The notes below the pieces were generated by a model, which saw nothing but the letters and a program-made list of their open reading frames with translations, was not told the origin of the DNA and ran no database searches. The position numbers and the translations under genes were made by a program. Positions 30,467 to 39,491 of a DNA stretch of 64,000 nucleotides are shown here, piece after piece. The number at the start of each line of letters is the position of its first letter. Position 1 is the stretch's first letter. The DNA is from Ilumatobacteraceae bacterium (GTDB taxonomy: Bacteria; Actinomycetota; Acidimicrobiia; Acidimicrobiales; Ilumatobacteraceae): contig CAVVWT010000010.1 of assembly GCA_963752085.1 (NCBI GenBank), forward strand, positions 5,831-69,830, read 5' to 3'.

Positions 30467-31315
30467 ATGACCAACGATTCGAACCCGCCCACCTACCGAT
30501 CCGCCGGTACCACCGATCTGCATGTCGAGAGCCTCTTCGGGCTCTCCGGCAAGGTCGCGGTGGTGACCGGCGGGTCGCGGTGGATCGGGTTCATGATCGC
30601 TGCCGGCCTGGTCACGAACGGTGTCACCACGTACATCACGGCACGCAAGGCCGCCGCGTGTGATGCGGCGGCAGCGGAGCTCGACGCGTTGTCCGACACC
30701 GCAACATGCGTGTCGATCCCCGCCGACCTCTCCGACGCGGCCGGGCTCGACGCGTTCGTGACCACGCTGCGCGAGCGCACCGACTCGGTCGACATTCTCG
30801 TCAACAACGCCGGTGCCGCATGGGGTGCCCCGCTCGGCGAGTTCCCGGACGTCGGCTTCGACAAGGTGATGAACATCAACGTCAAGGCCCCGTTCATGCT
30901 GACGCAGGCGCTCCTCCCGGAGCTCGAGTCGGGAGCGACTGCCGACGATCCAGCGCGGGTCATCATGATCGGTTCGATCGACGGTCTTCGCGTGCCCATC
31001 GGCGACAACTACAGCTACTCCGCGGCCAAGGCCGGCATTCACATGCTTGCCCGCCACCTCGGTGCCCACGTCGTCGGACGCCACATCACCGTCAATTCCA
31101 TCGCTCCGGGCCCGTTCGAGTCGAAGATGATGGAATACATGCTCGAATCCGACGACACGCGCAACACCGTGATCAGCCAGGTCCCCCGCAAGCGGATCGG
31201 CACCGCCGAGGACATCGCCGGCACGGTGATCTTCCTCGCGAGCCGCGCCGGAGCGTTCACGACCGGCGCAACGATTCCGGTCGACGGTGGGATCTCGACG
31301 ACACGGATGGGATGA
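30467..31315 (+). CDS. short-chain dehydrogenase/reductase (SDR)
   Basis: Shows TGGSRWIG (TGxxxxxG), NNAG, and the catalytic YSAAK (YxxxK). Confidence 0.85.
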   Translation: MTNDSNPPTYRSAGTTDLHVESLFGLSGKVAVVTGGSRWIGFMIAAGLVTNGVTTYITARKAAACDAAAAELDALSDTATCVSIPADLSDAAGLDAFVTTLRERTDSVDILVNNAGAAWGAPLGEFPDVGFDKVMNINVKAPFMLTQALLPELESGATADDPARVIMIGSIDGLRVPIGDNYSYSAAKAGIHMLARHLGAHVVGRHITVNSIAPGPFESKMMEYMLESDDTRNTVISQVPRKRIGTAEDIAGTVIFLASRAGAFTTGATIPVDGGISTTRMG

Positions 31316-31403
31316 CGCGGCTGGGCGATTCGACCTGGCTCACCGTGAACTCGAGATGAAACCGCCCGTGCATCGGATGCCGACGACGTGAGCGTCGCCT
31401 ACG

Positions 31404-32528
31404 GTGTCTCGGGTGACAGACATCAATCGAGTGGCGATCAGCACGGGTGGAGGCGACGCGCCCGGCCTCAACGCGGTCATCCGCTCCGTGACGTTGGCGT
31501 CACGCAACCGGGGATGGGACGTCGTGGGGATCCGCGATGGCTTCAACGGGCTGATGTTTCCCGACGACTATCCCGACGGCGGATTGATCGTTCTGACCCG
31601 CGACAGCGTCCGCGGGATCTCCCATCTCGGCGGCACGATCATCGGTTCGACCAACCGTGGCAACCCGCTTGCCTACCCGACCCAACAACCCGACGGATCG
31701 TGGGTCGAGGTCGACCGCACCGACGAGTTGATCCAGCGTTTCCGCGAGGCAGGCATCGACGCGTTGATCACGGTCGGCGGTGACGGCTCGCTCACCATCG
31801 GCAACCACCTGCACAAACATGGACTCCGTGTGATCGGGGTTCCGAAGACGATCGACAACGATCTCGACAAGACCACGGCGACATTCGGCTTCGACACCGC
31901 GGTGAGCTTCGCCACCGAGTGCATCGACCGGTTGTTCACGACCGCGACGTCGCATGGGCGAATCATCGTGGTCGAGGTGATGGGGCGCTATGCGGGGTGG
32001 ATCGCGCTGCACTCGGGCATGGCGGCCGGCGCACACTGCGTGCTGATCCCCGAGATCCCGTTCGACCTCGAACACGTGGCGGCGGCGATCACCGAGCGGG
32101 AGCAGCGCGGTGCCAAGTTCTCGATCGTCGTGGTGGCGGAGGGAGCGGTTGCCGTCGGCGGTGAGATCTCGACCATCGGCAAGGCGATCGGGCAGGCCGT
32201 CCAGCTCGGCGGCATCGGCGGCAAGGTGAGCGGTGCGCTCGAGGAGATGACCGGCAAGGAGGTGCGCTGCGTGGTGCTCGGCCACCTCCTGCGTGGGGGC
32301 TCGCCCACCGCAACCGATCGCAACCTCGGGTTGCGCTTCGGCGCTGCGGCTGTGCGGGCGCTCGACGAGGGCGAGGACGGCATCATGGTGGCCCTCGATC
32401 CACCGACCGTGGTCTACGTGCCGCTCGCCGATGCGGTGTACCGGATGAAGAACGTCCCGCCGGACTGCGACACGATGCTCACCGCACGCGATCTGGGGAT
32501 CAACTTCGGCGACCGCCCGCCCGACTGA
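31404..32528 (+). CDS. pfkA: 6-phosphofructokinase (PfkA family; ATP or PPi donor not decided)
   Basis: Shows GGGDAPGLNAVIR, TVGGDGS, PKTIDNDL and MGR motifs. Gly in GGDGS is ATP-type, while Lys in PKTIDND is PPi-type, so donor specificity is ambiguous. Confidence 0.85.
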   Translation: MSRVTDINRVAISTGGGDAPGLNAVIRSVTLASRNRGWDVVGIRDGFNGLMFPDDYPDGGLIVLTRDSVRGISHLGGTIIGSTNRGNPLAYPTQQPDGSWVEVDRTDELIQRFREAGIDALITVGGDGSLTIGNHLHKHGLRVIGVPKTIDNDLDKTTATFGFDTAVSFATECIDRLFTTATSHGRIIVVEVMGRYAGWIALHSGMAAGAHCVLIPEIPFDLEHVAAAITEREQRGAKFSIVVVAEGAVAVGGEISTIGKAIGQAVQLGGIGGKVSGALEEMTGKEVRCVVLGHLLRGGSPTATDRNLGLRFGAAAVRALDEGEDGIMVALDPPTVVYVPLADAVYRMKNVPPDCDTMLTARDLGINFGDRPPD

Positions 32529-32543
32529 GGGCGTTCGTTCCGG

Positions 32544-33533
32544 TCAGTCGTCCCAGTGGATCTCCGCCAGGGCGATCCCCGATTCGCCCGCGACGGCGTA
32601 CAACAGCCACGACCGGCCGTCGCCGTCCGGACCGTCGTCGACGAAGACGGTGGGGTCGCGCAACTGGTTGACGTGGCCGTACGCAGTCGATCGTTTCGAC
32701 GGTTCGACTGCGGCGTCGGCGCCTTCCCAGTCGAACTCCGGTCGCAGCACGACGACAGCTGGCGACTCGCTCCAGGTGTCCCACTCGTCTGCGAGGTCGA
32801 CCGTCGAGTGGAGGATCGACTCGGGTGCATCGCCGACGCGGGTCCAGAACACGTGCAGCCGCCCGTCACGCACGGCCACGGCCGAGTGCCGCATTGCGGG
32901 TTCGAACAGCTGCGGTCCGCGCTCGAAGTCGGACAACCCGTCACGGCTCCGGAGGAACACACCGGGCATCGTGAGCGCGTACGTCATTCCGTCGTGTGCG
33001 AAGGCGCGCAGATAGGGGTTGCCGATGACCTCGGGTCGGCCGACGAACGCGACGCCATCGCCGGAGAGCGCCGCTCGGGTGACCTGCAGGCCGAACGAAT
33101 CGAGGCCGTGCAGATACATCACGAACCGTCGGCGCTCGTGGTCGACGTGGATGTCGGGTGAGGCGATGTGCGGCGTGACGGCGTCGACCAGCAGGTCGTG
33201 CGACCACTCCGACTCGCCGAAGATCCGGGTGTAGATGTCGGCGAGTGCGGCGAGTTGCTCGTCGTCGGCGGTGGGTGGTTCGGTGGGGAAACCGCTGTCG
33301 GCGAGGTGGAGGCTGCCCGGCGGATGGACCCGCCACGGCCCCTCGACGTGCTCTGCGAACGCGAGCCGGACGTAGCTGCCCTTGTGGTCGGCGAAATAGA
33401 GCAGGTAGCGGCCGAGCGGGGCCTCGAGCCAGTCGGGGGCGCGAACCAGCGACGGTCCCTGGATGTTGTGCCCGATCGAGGGGTCGGTGTCGGCCGTGAT
33501 GATCGGCCCGTCCCCGACGCGCTCGATCCTCAT
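32544..33533 (-). CDS. hypothetical protein, possibly beta-propeller (GH43/GH32-like fold)
   Basis: 329-aa intact ORF starting MRIERVGDG. The start overlaps the upstream stop (ATGA at 33530-33533). Repeated W/F-rich strand patterns are present. I recognise no catalytic motif, so the fold assignment is tentative. Confidence 0.45.
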   Translation of the reverse strand: MRIERVGDGPIITADTDPSIGHNIQGPSLVRAPDWLEAPLGRYLLYFADHKGSYVRLAFAEHVEGPWRVHPPGSLHLADSGFPTEPPTADDEQLAALADIYTRIFGESEWSHDLLVDAVTPHIASPDIHVDHERRRFVMYLHGLDSFGLQVTRAALSGDGVAFVGRPEVIGNPYLRAFAHDGMTYALTMPGVFLRSRDGLSDFERGPQLFEPAMRHSAVAVRDGRLHVFWTRVGDAPESILHSTVDLADEWDTWSESPAVVVLRPEFDWEGADAAVEPSKRSTAYGHVNQLRDPTVFVDDGPDGDGRSWLLYAVAGESGIALAEIHWDD

Positions 33534-34531
33534 CGTCCGGTTCGGACGATGACCTCGGCGCCCACCTCCTCGGGTTCGTCGTCGACCATGTGGGCCGGGA
33601 ACCCGGGAGCGCGGACCGCGAGACCGGTGGCGTCTTCGAGCCGCCGGATCACGTTCGGCGACCATTCACGCTCGCCGTACCGCTCCGCTGCGTCACGGAA
33701 GATGTCGATCATCACCGGGTTGATCTCCAACGGGACGCCGACCCGATCGGCAATCGACTGGAAGAGCCCGATGTCCTTGAGCACGAGATCCATCGTGAAG
33801 CTGATGTCACGCGACCCGTTGAGGATGACCTGGCTCTCGGTCTCGTGGACGAACGAGTTGCCGCTCGAGATCCTGAACGCCTCGTACGTCGTGCCGAGGT
33901 CGATACCGGCCGCGGCCATCGTCGTCAACGCCTCCGACAACGTGATCAGATTCGCTGTTGCGAGGTAGTTGGTCGCGACCTTCAACACCGACGCCGTTCC
34001 GAGCGGGCCGGTGTGCAGGACCTGTCGACCGAGCACGGTCAGCAGCGGCAGGATGCGTTCGAAGGTCGAACGCTCGCACCCTGCGAAGATCGAGATGTTC
34101 CCGGTGGCCGCCCGGTGGCATCCACCCGAGACCGGGCAGTCGACGGGCTCGCCCCCGGCAGCCGTGACCAGCGCACCGAGACGGATGATCTCGGCCTCGT
34201 CGGTGGTCGACATCTCGAGCCAGATCTTGCCGTCGGCCCACCCCCTGAGCAGCCCGTCGGCCCCGTCGACGACCGCGGCGGAGGCGGCAGGATTCGGAAG
34301 GCAGGTGATCACGACATCGCATCGCTCGGCCAACTCACGCGGCGAATCGGCGGCCTCGGCACCGCGTTCGACGAACGCATCGACGAGCTCACGGTCGAGG
34401 TCGTGCACCACCAGATCGAAGCCGTTGCGGGCCACCGACCCCGCGAGCTTTGCGCCAACGTTGCCCAGCCCGACGAATCCGATCGAGACCGCTCCGGGCA
34501 CGATCTCGGAATGCTCCTTGGCCGTGCTCAT
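33530..34531 (-). CDS. NAD(P)-dependent beta-hydroxyacid dehydrogenase (3-hydroxyisobutyrate/6-phosphogluconate dehydrogenase family)
   Basis: N-terminal Rossmann motif IGFVGLGNVGAKLA and a family-typical central region (VDCPVSGG, LKVATNYL). ATGA overlaps occur at both ends. Confidence 0.8.
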   Translation of the reverse strand: MSTAKEHSEIVPGAVSIGFVGLGNVGAKLAGSVARNGFDLVVHDLDRELVDAFVERGAEAADSPRELAERCDVVITCLPNPAASAAVVDGADGLLRGWADGKIWLEMSTTDEAEIIRLGALVTAAGGEPVDCPVSGGCHRAATGNISIFAGCERSTFERILPLLTVLGRQVLHTGPLGTASVLKVATNYLATANLITLSEALTTMAAAGIDLGTTYEAFRISSGNSFVHETESQVILNGSRDISFTMDLVLKDIGLFQSIADRVGVPLEINPVMIDIFRDAAERYGEREWSPNVIRRLEDATGLAVRAPGFPAHMVDDEPEEVGAEVIVRTGR

Positions 34532-35142
34532 CGAACGAGCCGGGCGGGACCGGCCGCGGTGACCCGGGGATCGTGCGCCGAACGCGAAAACACCTCACGG
34601 ACCTCGTCGGCGAACGACTCGAGCGAGTCGATCCGGTGATCGGGGTCGAACGACGACTGATCCCACCGTGCACAGAATTCGGCGCACAGGTCGGCCCACG
34701 GATGGCCGGCGAAGGCGTCCCGCCCGTTGCGCTCACCACCGAGATGATGAGCGAAGTACCAGCTCTGGAACACGCCGTGCTGTTCGACGACCCAGGTGAC
34801 CTCTTCGCGCACGTACGGACGCAGCACGGCGGCGGCGAGCTCGGCGTGGTTGTAGGGCGCCAACTCGTCACCGATGTCGTGCACCAGTGCCGCAACGACC
34901 CAGTCGATGTCGGCTCCGTCCATCCGCGCCCGGGTCGCGCTCTGCAGCGAGTGCTCGAGCCGCGTGATCCGGTACCCGCCGAGCGAGTCGGCGAGCCGCC
35001 CGAGCGTGTCGAGGATCCGGTCTCCGAGCCCCTCAGCGTGCTCACGTTCGAATCGGTCGAGCAGGGCGTAGTCGGCGGCGGTGCCGTCCTCCATGGCCGT
35101 GAACGACACGACGTTCGTGTCGCGTCCGGTCGAATTCGTCAT
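34528..35142 (-). CDS. HD-domain protein, PhnZ/TmpB-like
   Basis: 204-aa protein with an HD motif (VAALVHDIGDELAPYNH) plus additional His residues (RLEHSLQ, VVEQHG). Its size and its position directly downstream of a TauD-family gene match the PhnY/PhnZ arrangement. Confidence 0.65.
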   Translation of the reverse strand: MTNSTGRDTNVVSFTAMEDGTAADYALLDRFEREHAEGLGDRILDTLGRLADSLGGYRITRLEHSLQSATRARMDGADIDWVVAALVHDIGDELAPYNHAELAAAVLRPYVREEVTWVVEQHGVFQSWYFAHHLGGERNGRDAFAGHPWADLCAEFCARWDQSSFDPDHRIDSLESFADEVREVFSRSAHDPRVTAAGPARLVR

Positions 35143-36377
35143 CGTCGGGCTCCGATCTCGTGGTGCTGCCGGGTGAGCAGGCGCCACATCGTCGCAGGTC
35201 CGTCGTGATCGATGTAGCACCCCTGCAGGTGTCGGTGTCCTCCGGCGGCGTCGAACGGGCGGCGGCCGTGCAGCACACGATGGTTGTCGACGACCAACAC
35301 GTCGCCCGGGGCCATCTTGAACTCGATCTGGTGCGCGGGGTCGTTCAGCCACTCGGCGATCCAACGCCGGGCGGCGTAGTAGGCGTCGAGCACCGTCGGT
35401 TCCGCATAGGGAGCGAAGTCGAGACGAGGCGAGAACCTGAACTGGCGAAGGGTCCCATCCGGATGAAGCTCGATGACGGGCGCAGTCGCCACCACCACAT
35501 CGGTGCCGATGTCGTAGCGGAACTCGATCGGTAGATCGCACAGCGTCGCGAACCATGACGGATCGTGTCGTCGGAGCGCCTCGATCGCAGCGAGGCCGTC
35601 GACGACGGTCGACTCGCCGCCCGGCGCCTCGTTGACGAGCGTGTGCAGGAACTGCAGCCCGGGTGTCGGCCGTCGATAGGGCTGATCCAGGTGCGCGCTG
35701 AGCCCGACCGACGTGTAGGCGAGATCCTCGGGATCGGGAACACTGCGCACGTCGAACAGCGTGCCGAAACTGGTGGGCGACACCCGCCCGAAACGCCCGG
35801 CGATGTCGAGCAACGACCCCGGAGCCGTCGGCGAACCGGTGATCACGAAGCACCCGAGTTCGTGGAACGCTCCGATGACATCGCAGAGGGCGTCGCCGCC
35901 GCGGCACACCTCGTGCCACGAGATCGACGGGAGCGCGTCGAGGTGCGCCCAGGCACGTGGCGTCGGCGGCGCGTCCAAGTCGTCCCCCGTCCACTGCCGC
36001 AGTTGCGACAGTGTGAACGTGCGCGTCGTGCCGTCGTTGAACGCAACGCCGATCGCTCCTGATGAATCATCGAACGCCGCCTCGATCGTCAGGTCGGACG
36101 GCACATCGGCCGGGTCGAACAGTCGTTGGCGATTGGTCGGATCCGCGTCGGCCGGATCGAGCGAGCGATCGAGGAGCCAGAGTGCGTGGAACGTACGGTC
36201 CACGCCGTCGAGGCAGACGACGAGTCGGCCTCCGACGGCGCGGACATCGAACGAACCCGGGCGCATCGTCGGCTTGACCACCATGGGCGTCTCAGCGAGA
36301 GTCACACCTCCATCTTCATCATGCTGGATGTCGATCAACAGTGACGATGTCAGCATGCTTTCATGTTCTGAGGGCAT
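35139..36377 (-). CDS. Fe(II)/2-oxoglutarate dioxygenase, TauD / gamma-butyrobetaine-hydroxylase-like with N-terminal DUF971-like domain
   Basis: HxD facial-triad motif (SAHLDQPY), distal His/Arg (VVDNHRVLHGRRPF), and an N-terminal domain with FHALWLLD. An alternative start is at 36356. Confidence 0.7.
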   Translation of the reverse strand: MPSEHESMLTSSLLIDIQHDEDGGVTLAETPMVVKPTMRPGSFDVRAVGGRLVVCLDGVDRTFHALWLLDRSLDPADADPTNRQRLFDPADVPSDLTIEAAFDDSSGAIGVAFNDGTTRTFTLSQLRQWTGDDLDAPPTPRAWAHLDALPSISWHEVCRGGDALCDVIGAFHELGCFVITGSPTAPGSLLDIAGRFGRVSPTSFGTLFDVRSVPDPEDLAYTSVGLSAHLDQPYRRPTPGLQFLHTLVNEAPGGESTVVDGLAAIEALRRHDPSWFATLCDLPIEFRYDIGTDVVVATAPVIELHPDGTLRQFRFSPRLDFAPYAEPTVLDAYYAARRWIAEWLNDPAHQIEFKMAPGDVLVVDNHRVLHGRRPFDAAGGHRHLQGCYIDHDGPATMWRLLTRQHHEIGARR

Positions 36378-36391
36378 GGTAGAGTTTCATC

Positions 36392-37292
36392 ATGCGCCCG
36401 ATCGTCGAGCGTGCCGAACGACTCCAGCGCCTCGCTGCGTTCGACGCCGCGGCGCGGCTGGGCAGCTTCACCGCTGCGGCGGTCGAACTCGGTTCCACAC
36501 AGCCAGCCGTGACTCGACAGATCCGTGCCCTCGAGCGGTCACTGGGACTCGAGCTGTTCGAACGTACGGCCAACCGCAGCCATCTCACCGAGGCGGGCCG
36601 GCAGTTCGCCACGGCCGTCGACGCCGGCTTCATGACGATCGAGCAGACCCTCACCAGCGTGACCGAGCAGGCGTCGACCTTCGTGCTCGCCAGTCCCCCG
36701 GGGTTCGCACAACACATGATGGTGCCGGTGCTCGACGAGCTGCACGCCGCGCTCGCGTCGGAGCACGAGTACGACATCCGGCTCTGGCTGTACGACCGCG
36801 ACACCGAGCTCGAGCGCGGCGACGCCGACGCCATGGTCCGCATCGGTACCGGCGACTGGCCTGGGCTCGATGCTGTTCGGTTGTTCGCCGAGGCGGTCGT
36901 GCCGGTCGCCACCCGGGCCTGCGCCGACGAGCACGGACTCCACACGCACTCTGCGGCCGCCGACGTCCTCGCTGCGCCGCTCCTGCACATGGACGCCACC
37001 GACCGGCCCTGGATGTCGTGGTCCGACTGGCTCGCCGAATTCGGTCTTTCGCTCCCACCGCGGCGGCGCTGTCCTCTTCAACGCCTACCCGGCGGTGGTG
37101 CAGCAGGCGCTCGCCGGCCGCGGCGTTGCCCTCGGATGGCGAGGTGTGATCGACCAGTACATCGACGACGGGCTGCTCGTCACCGTGGGGCCCGAGGTGA
37201 CGACCGACCGCTTCTACTGCCTGGCCTGGCCGACCGGACGACGAACGCCCGCCGTCGATGCCGTCATCCGCTGGATGACACCGGCGCGTTGA
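36392..37292 (+). pseudogene. LysR-family transcriptional regulator, 1 frame shift as assembled
   Basis: N-terminal wHTH FDAAARLGSFTAAAVELGSTQPAVTRQIRALE. The C-terminal effector domain continues in the 36870..37292 frame from about 37056 (AVLFNAYPAVVQQALAGRGVALGW...). It is divergent from the dioxygenase operon. Confidence 0.8.
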
Positions 37293-37353
37293 CGGGGCGT
37301 CCGTGCGAAGCGGAAGCCGTCGCAACACCTCAGCCGTCGGTACGATCCGCGAG

Positions 37354-38859
37354 ATGACCGCGGCCGACGCCTTCCTCTCCAAGTGGGCCGACATCGCGGC
37401 CATCGGCTCGGCGGCGTCGGTCCTCAGCTGGGACCAGGAGACGAAGATGCCGCCGAAGGGCCAGGCGTCGCGCGGACATGTGCTGTCGGTGCTCGCCGGC
37501 CTGCACCACGACCACCTCACCGATCCGGCGTTGGCCGATGCCATCGACGCCGCCGACGACGCCGCCGATGGCGACGAACTCCTCGCGGCACAGGTCGACG
37601 CAGCCCGCCGCGACGTCGTTCGGGCGTCCGCGATCCCCGGCGACCTCACACGCCGGATGGCCGAGGTCCAGAGTCGCGCCCTCCGGACGTGGCAACAGGC
37701 GAAGGCGGATGCCGACTTCGGAGCGTTCGCTCCCGTGCTCGCCGAGGTGATCGTACTCACGCTGGAGCAGGCCGACGCCCTGGTCGATGCCGGCATCGCT
37801 GAACACCGCTACGACGCCCTGCTCGACGCCTACGAACCCGGAGCAACCGAGGCGCAGCTGGCCGGGCTCCTCGGCGACCTGCGCGCCGAGCTCTCTCCAT
37901 TGGTCAAGGCGGTCGCCGAGAGCGGCGTCACGGTCGACGAATCGCCGACCCGCGGCACGTTTGCCGACAGTGCGCAGTTGTCGCTCGGACGAACCGTGGC
38001 CCGCTCCCTGGGCTACGACTTCGAGGCCGGGCGCCTCGACGTGTCGGCCCATCCGTTCACCACGGGGCTCGGGCCGGGCGATGTTCGGATCACCTGGCGT
38101 TGCGAGCCCGACGACTTCCGACCCGGTCTGTTCGGGATCATGCACGAGGCCGGTCATGCGATGTACGAACAGGGGCTCCCCAGCGACCTCGCCCGAACCC
38201 CGCTCGGCGAAGCGGCGTCGCTCGGAATCCACGAGAGCCAGTCGCGGCTCTGGGAGAACCAGGTCGGCCGATCGCGGGCGTTCTGGGAGTGGGCACTCCC
38301 CCACTTCCACGAGGCCTTTCCCGAATCGTCCGGGGTCACCGTCGATTCGCTCTTTCCTGCGCTCCACACGATCACACCGTCACTGATCCGTGTCGAGGCC
38401 GACGAAGGCACGTACAACCTGCACATCGTCGCCCGGTTCGAGATCGAGCGGCGACTGGTGGCTGGTGACGTCGACGTGCACGACCTGCCCGAGCTCTGGA
38501 GCGACACCTACGACGACCTGCTCGGCGTTCGGCCGACCTCGGTCGCGGATGGCGTGCTGCAGGACATCCACTGGGCGATGGGAGCGATCGGATATTTCCC
38601 GACCTACACCCTGGGCAACCTCGTTGCGGCCCAGCTCTTCGACGCAGCGACGGCAGCCATCGACGACCTCCCCGGGCGGATCGCTGCCGGCGACTTCGAA
38701 CCGCTGTTGGACTGGCTGCGCGACAACGTCCATCGGCACGGTCGACGTCTGTCCGCCGACCAGCTCGTCGAACGCGCCACCGGCGTTCCGCTCTCCAGCA
38801 CACCGTTCCTGCAGTACCTGCGGTCCACCGCCAACGAGGTCTACGGCATCCCACTGTGA
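37354..38859 (+). CDS. M32 carboxypeptidase (Taq-like metallocarboxypeptidase)
   Basis: HExxH site (IMHEAGHAMYEQG), IHESQSRLWEN and DIHWA blocks. The ORF is intact. Confidence 0.85.
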   Translation: MTAADAFLSKWADIAAIGSAASVLSWDQETKMPPKGQASRGHVLSVLAGLHHDHLTDPALADAIDAADDAADGDELLAAQVDAARRDVVRASAIPGDLTRRMAEVQSRALRTWQQAKADADFGAFAPVLAEVIVLTLEQADALVDAGIAEHRYDALLDAYEPGATEAQLAGLLGDLRAELSPLVKAVAESGVTVDESPTRGTFADSAQLSLGRTVARSLGYDFEAGRLDVSAHPFTTGLGPGDVRITWRCEPDDFRPGLFGIMHEAGHAMYEQGLPSDLARTPLGEAASLGIHESQSRLWENQVGRSRAFWEWALPHFHEAFPESSGVTVDSLFPALHTITPSLIRVEADEGTYNLHIVARFEIERRLVAGDVDVHDLPELWSDTYDDLLGVRPTSVADGVLQDIHWAMGAIGYFPTYTLGNLVAAQLFDAATAAIDDLPGRIAAGDFEPLLDWLRDNVHRHGRRLSADQLVERATGVPLSSTPFLQYLRSTANEVYGIPL

Positions 38860-38890
38860 GCGGGACGGCTCGACCGAGATCCTCGTCGGG

Positions 38891-39487
38891 TCAGATCAGC
38901 CTGGCGAGGTGGGCCACGATCCGGTCGACGCACACATCGAGTGGCTGCGTGGTGTCGACCGTGAGTTCGGGAGCGATCGGTGGCTCGTACGGCGCCGACA
39001 CACCACTGAAGTCGGGGATCTCCCCGGCCCGCGCCCTGGCGTAGAGACCCTTGACATCTCGCGACTCACAGACTTCGATCGGCGTGTCGACGAACACCTC
39101 GACGAACCGCCCCTCGGGATGCATCGCACGCACGGCGTCCCGGTCGGCGGCGTACGGTGAGATGAACGCGGTCAGCGCGATCACACCGGCGTCCTGGAAC
39201 AGCCGGCAGACCTCACCGATCCGACGGATGTTCTCGGTGCGGTCCTCGGGCGAGAATCCGAGGTCACGATTCAGTCCGAACCGGATGTTGTCCCCGTCGA
39301 GCACGTAGACCGCCCGGCCCAGCTCGACGAGGCGACGCTCGACGGCGAACGCCAGCGTCGACTTCCCGGATCCCGACAACCCGGTGAACCACACCGTGAG
39401 CGAACGGTGCCCGTACAGCGCCGCTCGATCGTCGCCGGTCACGGTCCCGTCCGCCCGGACGATGTTGGTCGACACGGGTTCGCTCAC
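38891..39487 (-). CDS. cysC: adenylyl-sulfate (APS) kinase, stand-alone
   Basis: P-loop FTGLSGSGKSTLA, plus LDGDNIRFGLNRDLGFS and FISPY blocks. The GTG start lies 4 nt after the cysNC stop. Confidence 0.85.
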   Translation of the reverse strand: MSEPVSTNIVRADGTVTGDDRAALYGHRSLTVWFTGLSGSGKSTLAFAVERRLVELGRAVYVLDGDNIRFGLNRDLGFSPEDRTENIRRIGEVCRLFQDAGVIALTAFISPYAADRDAVRAMHPEGRFVEVFVDTPIEVCESRDVKGLYARARAGEIPDFSGVSAPYEPPIAPELTVDTTQPLDVCVDRIVAHLARLI

Positions 39488-39491
39488 GGGA

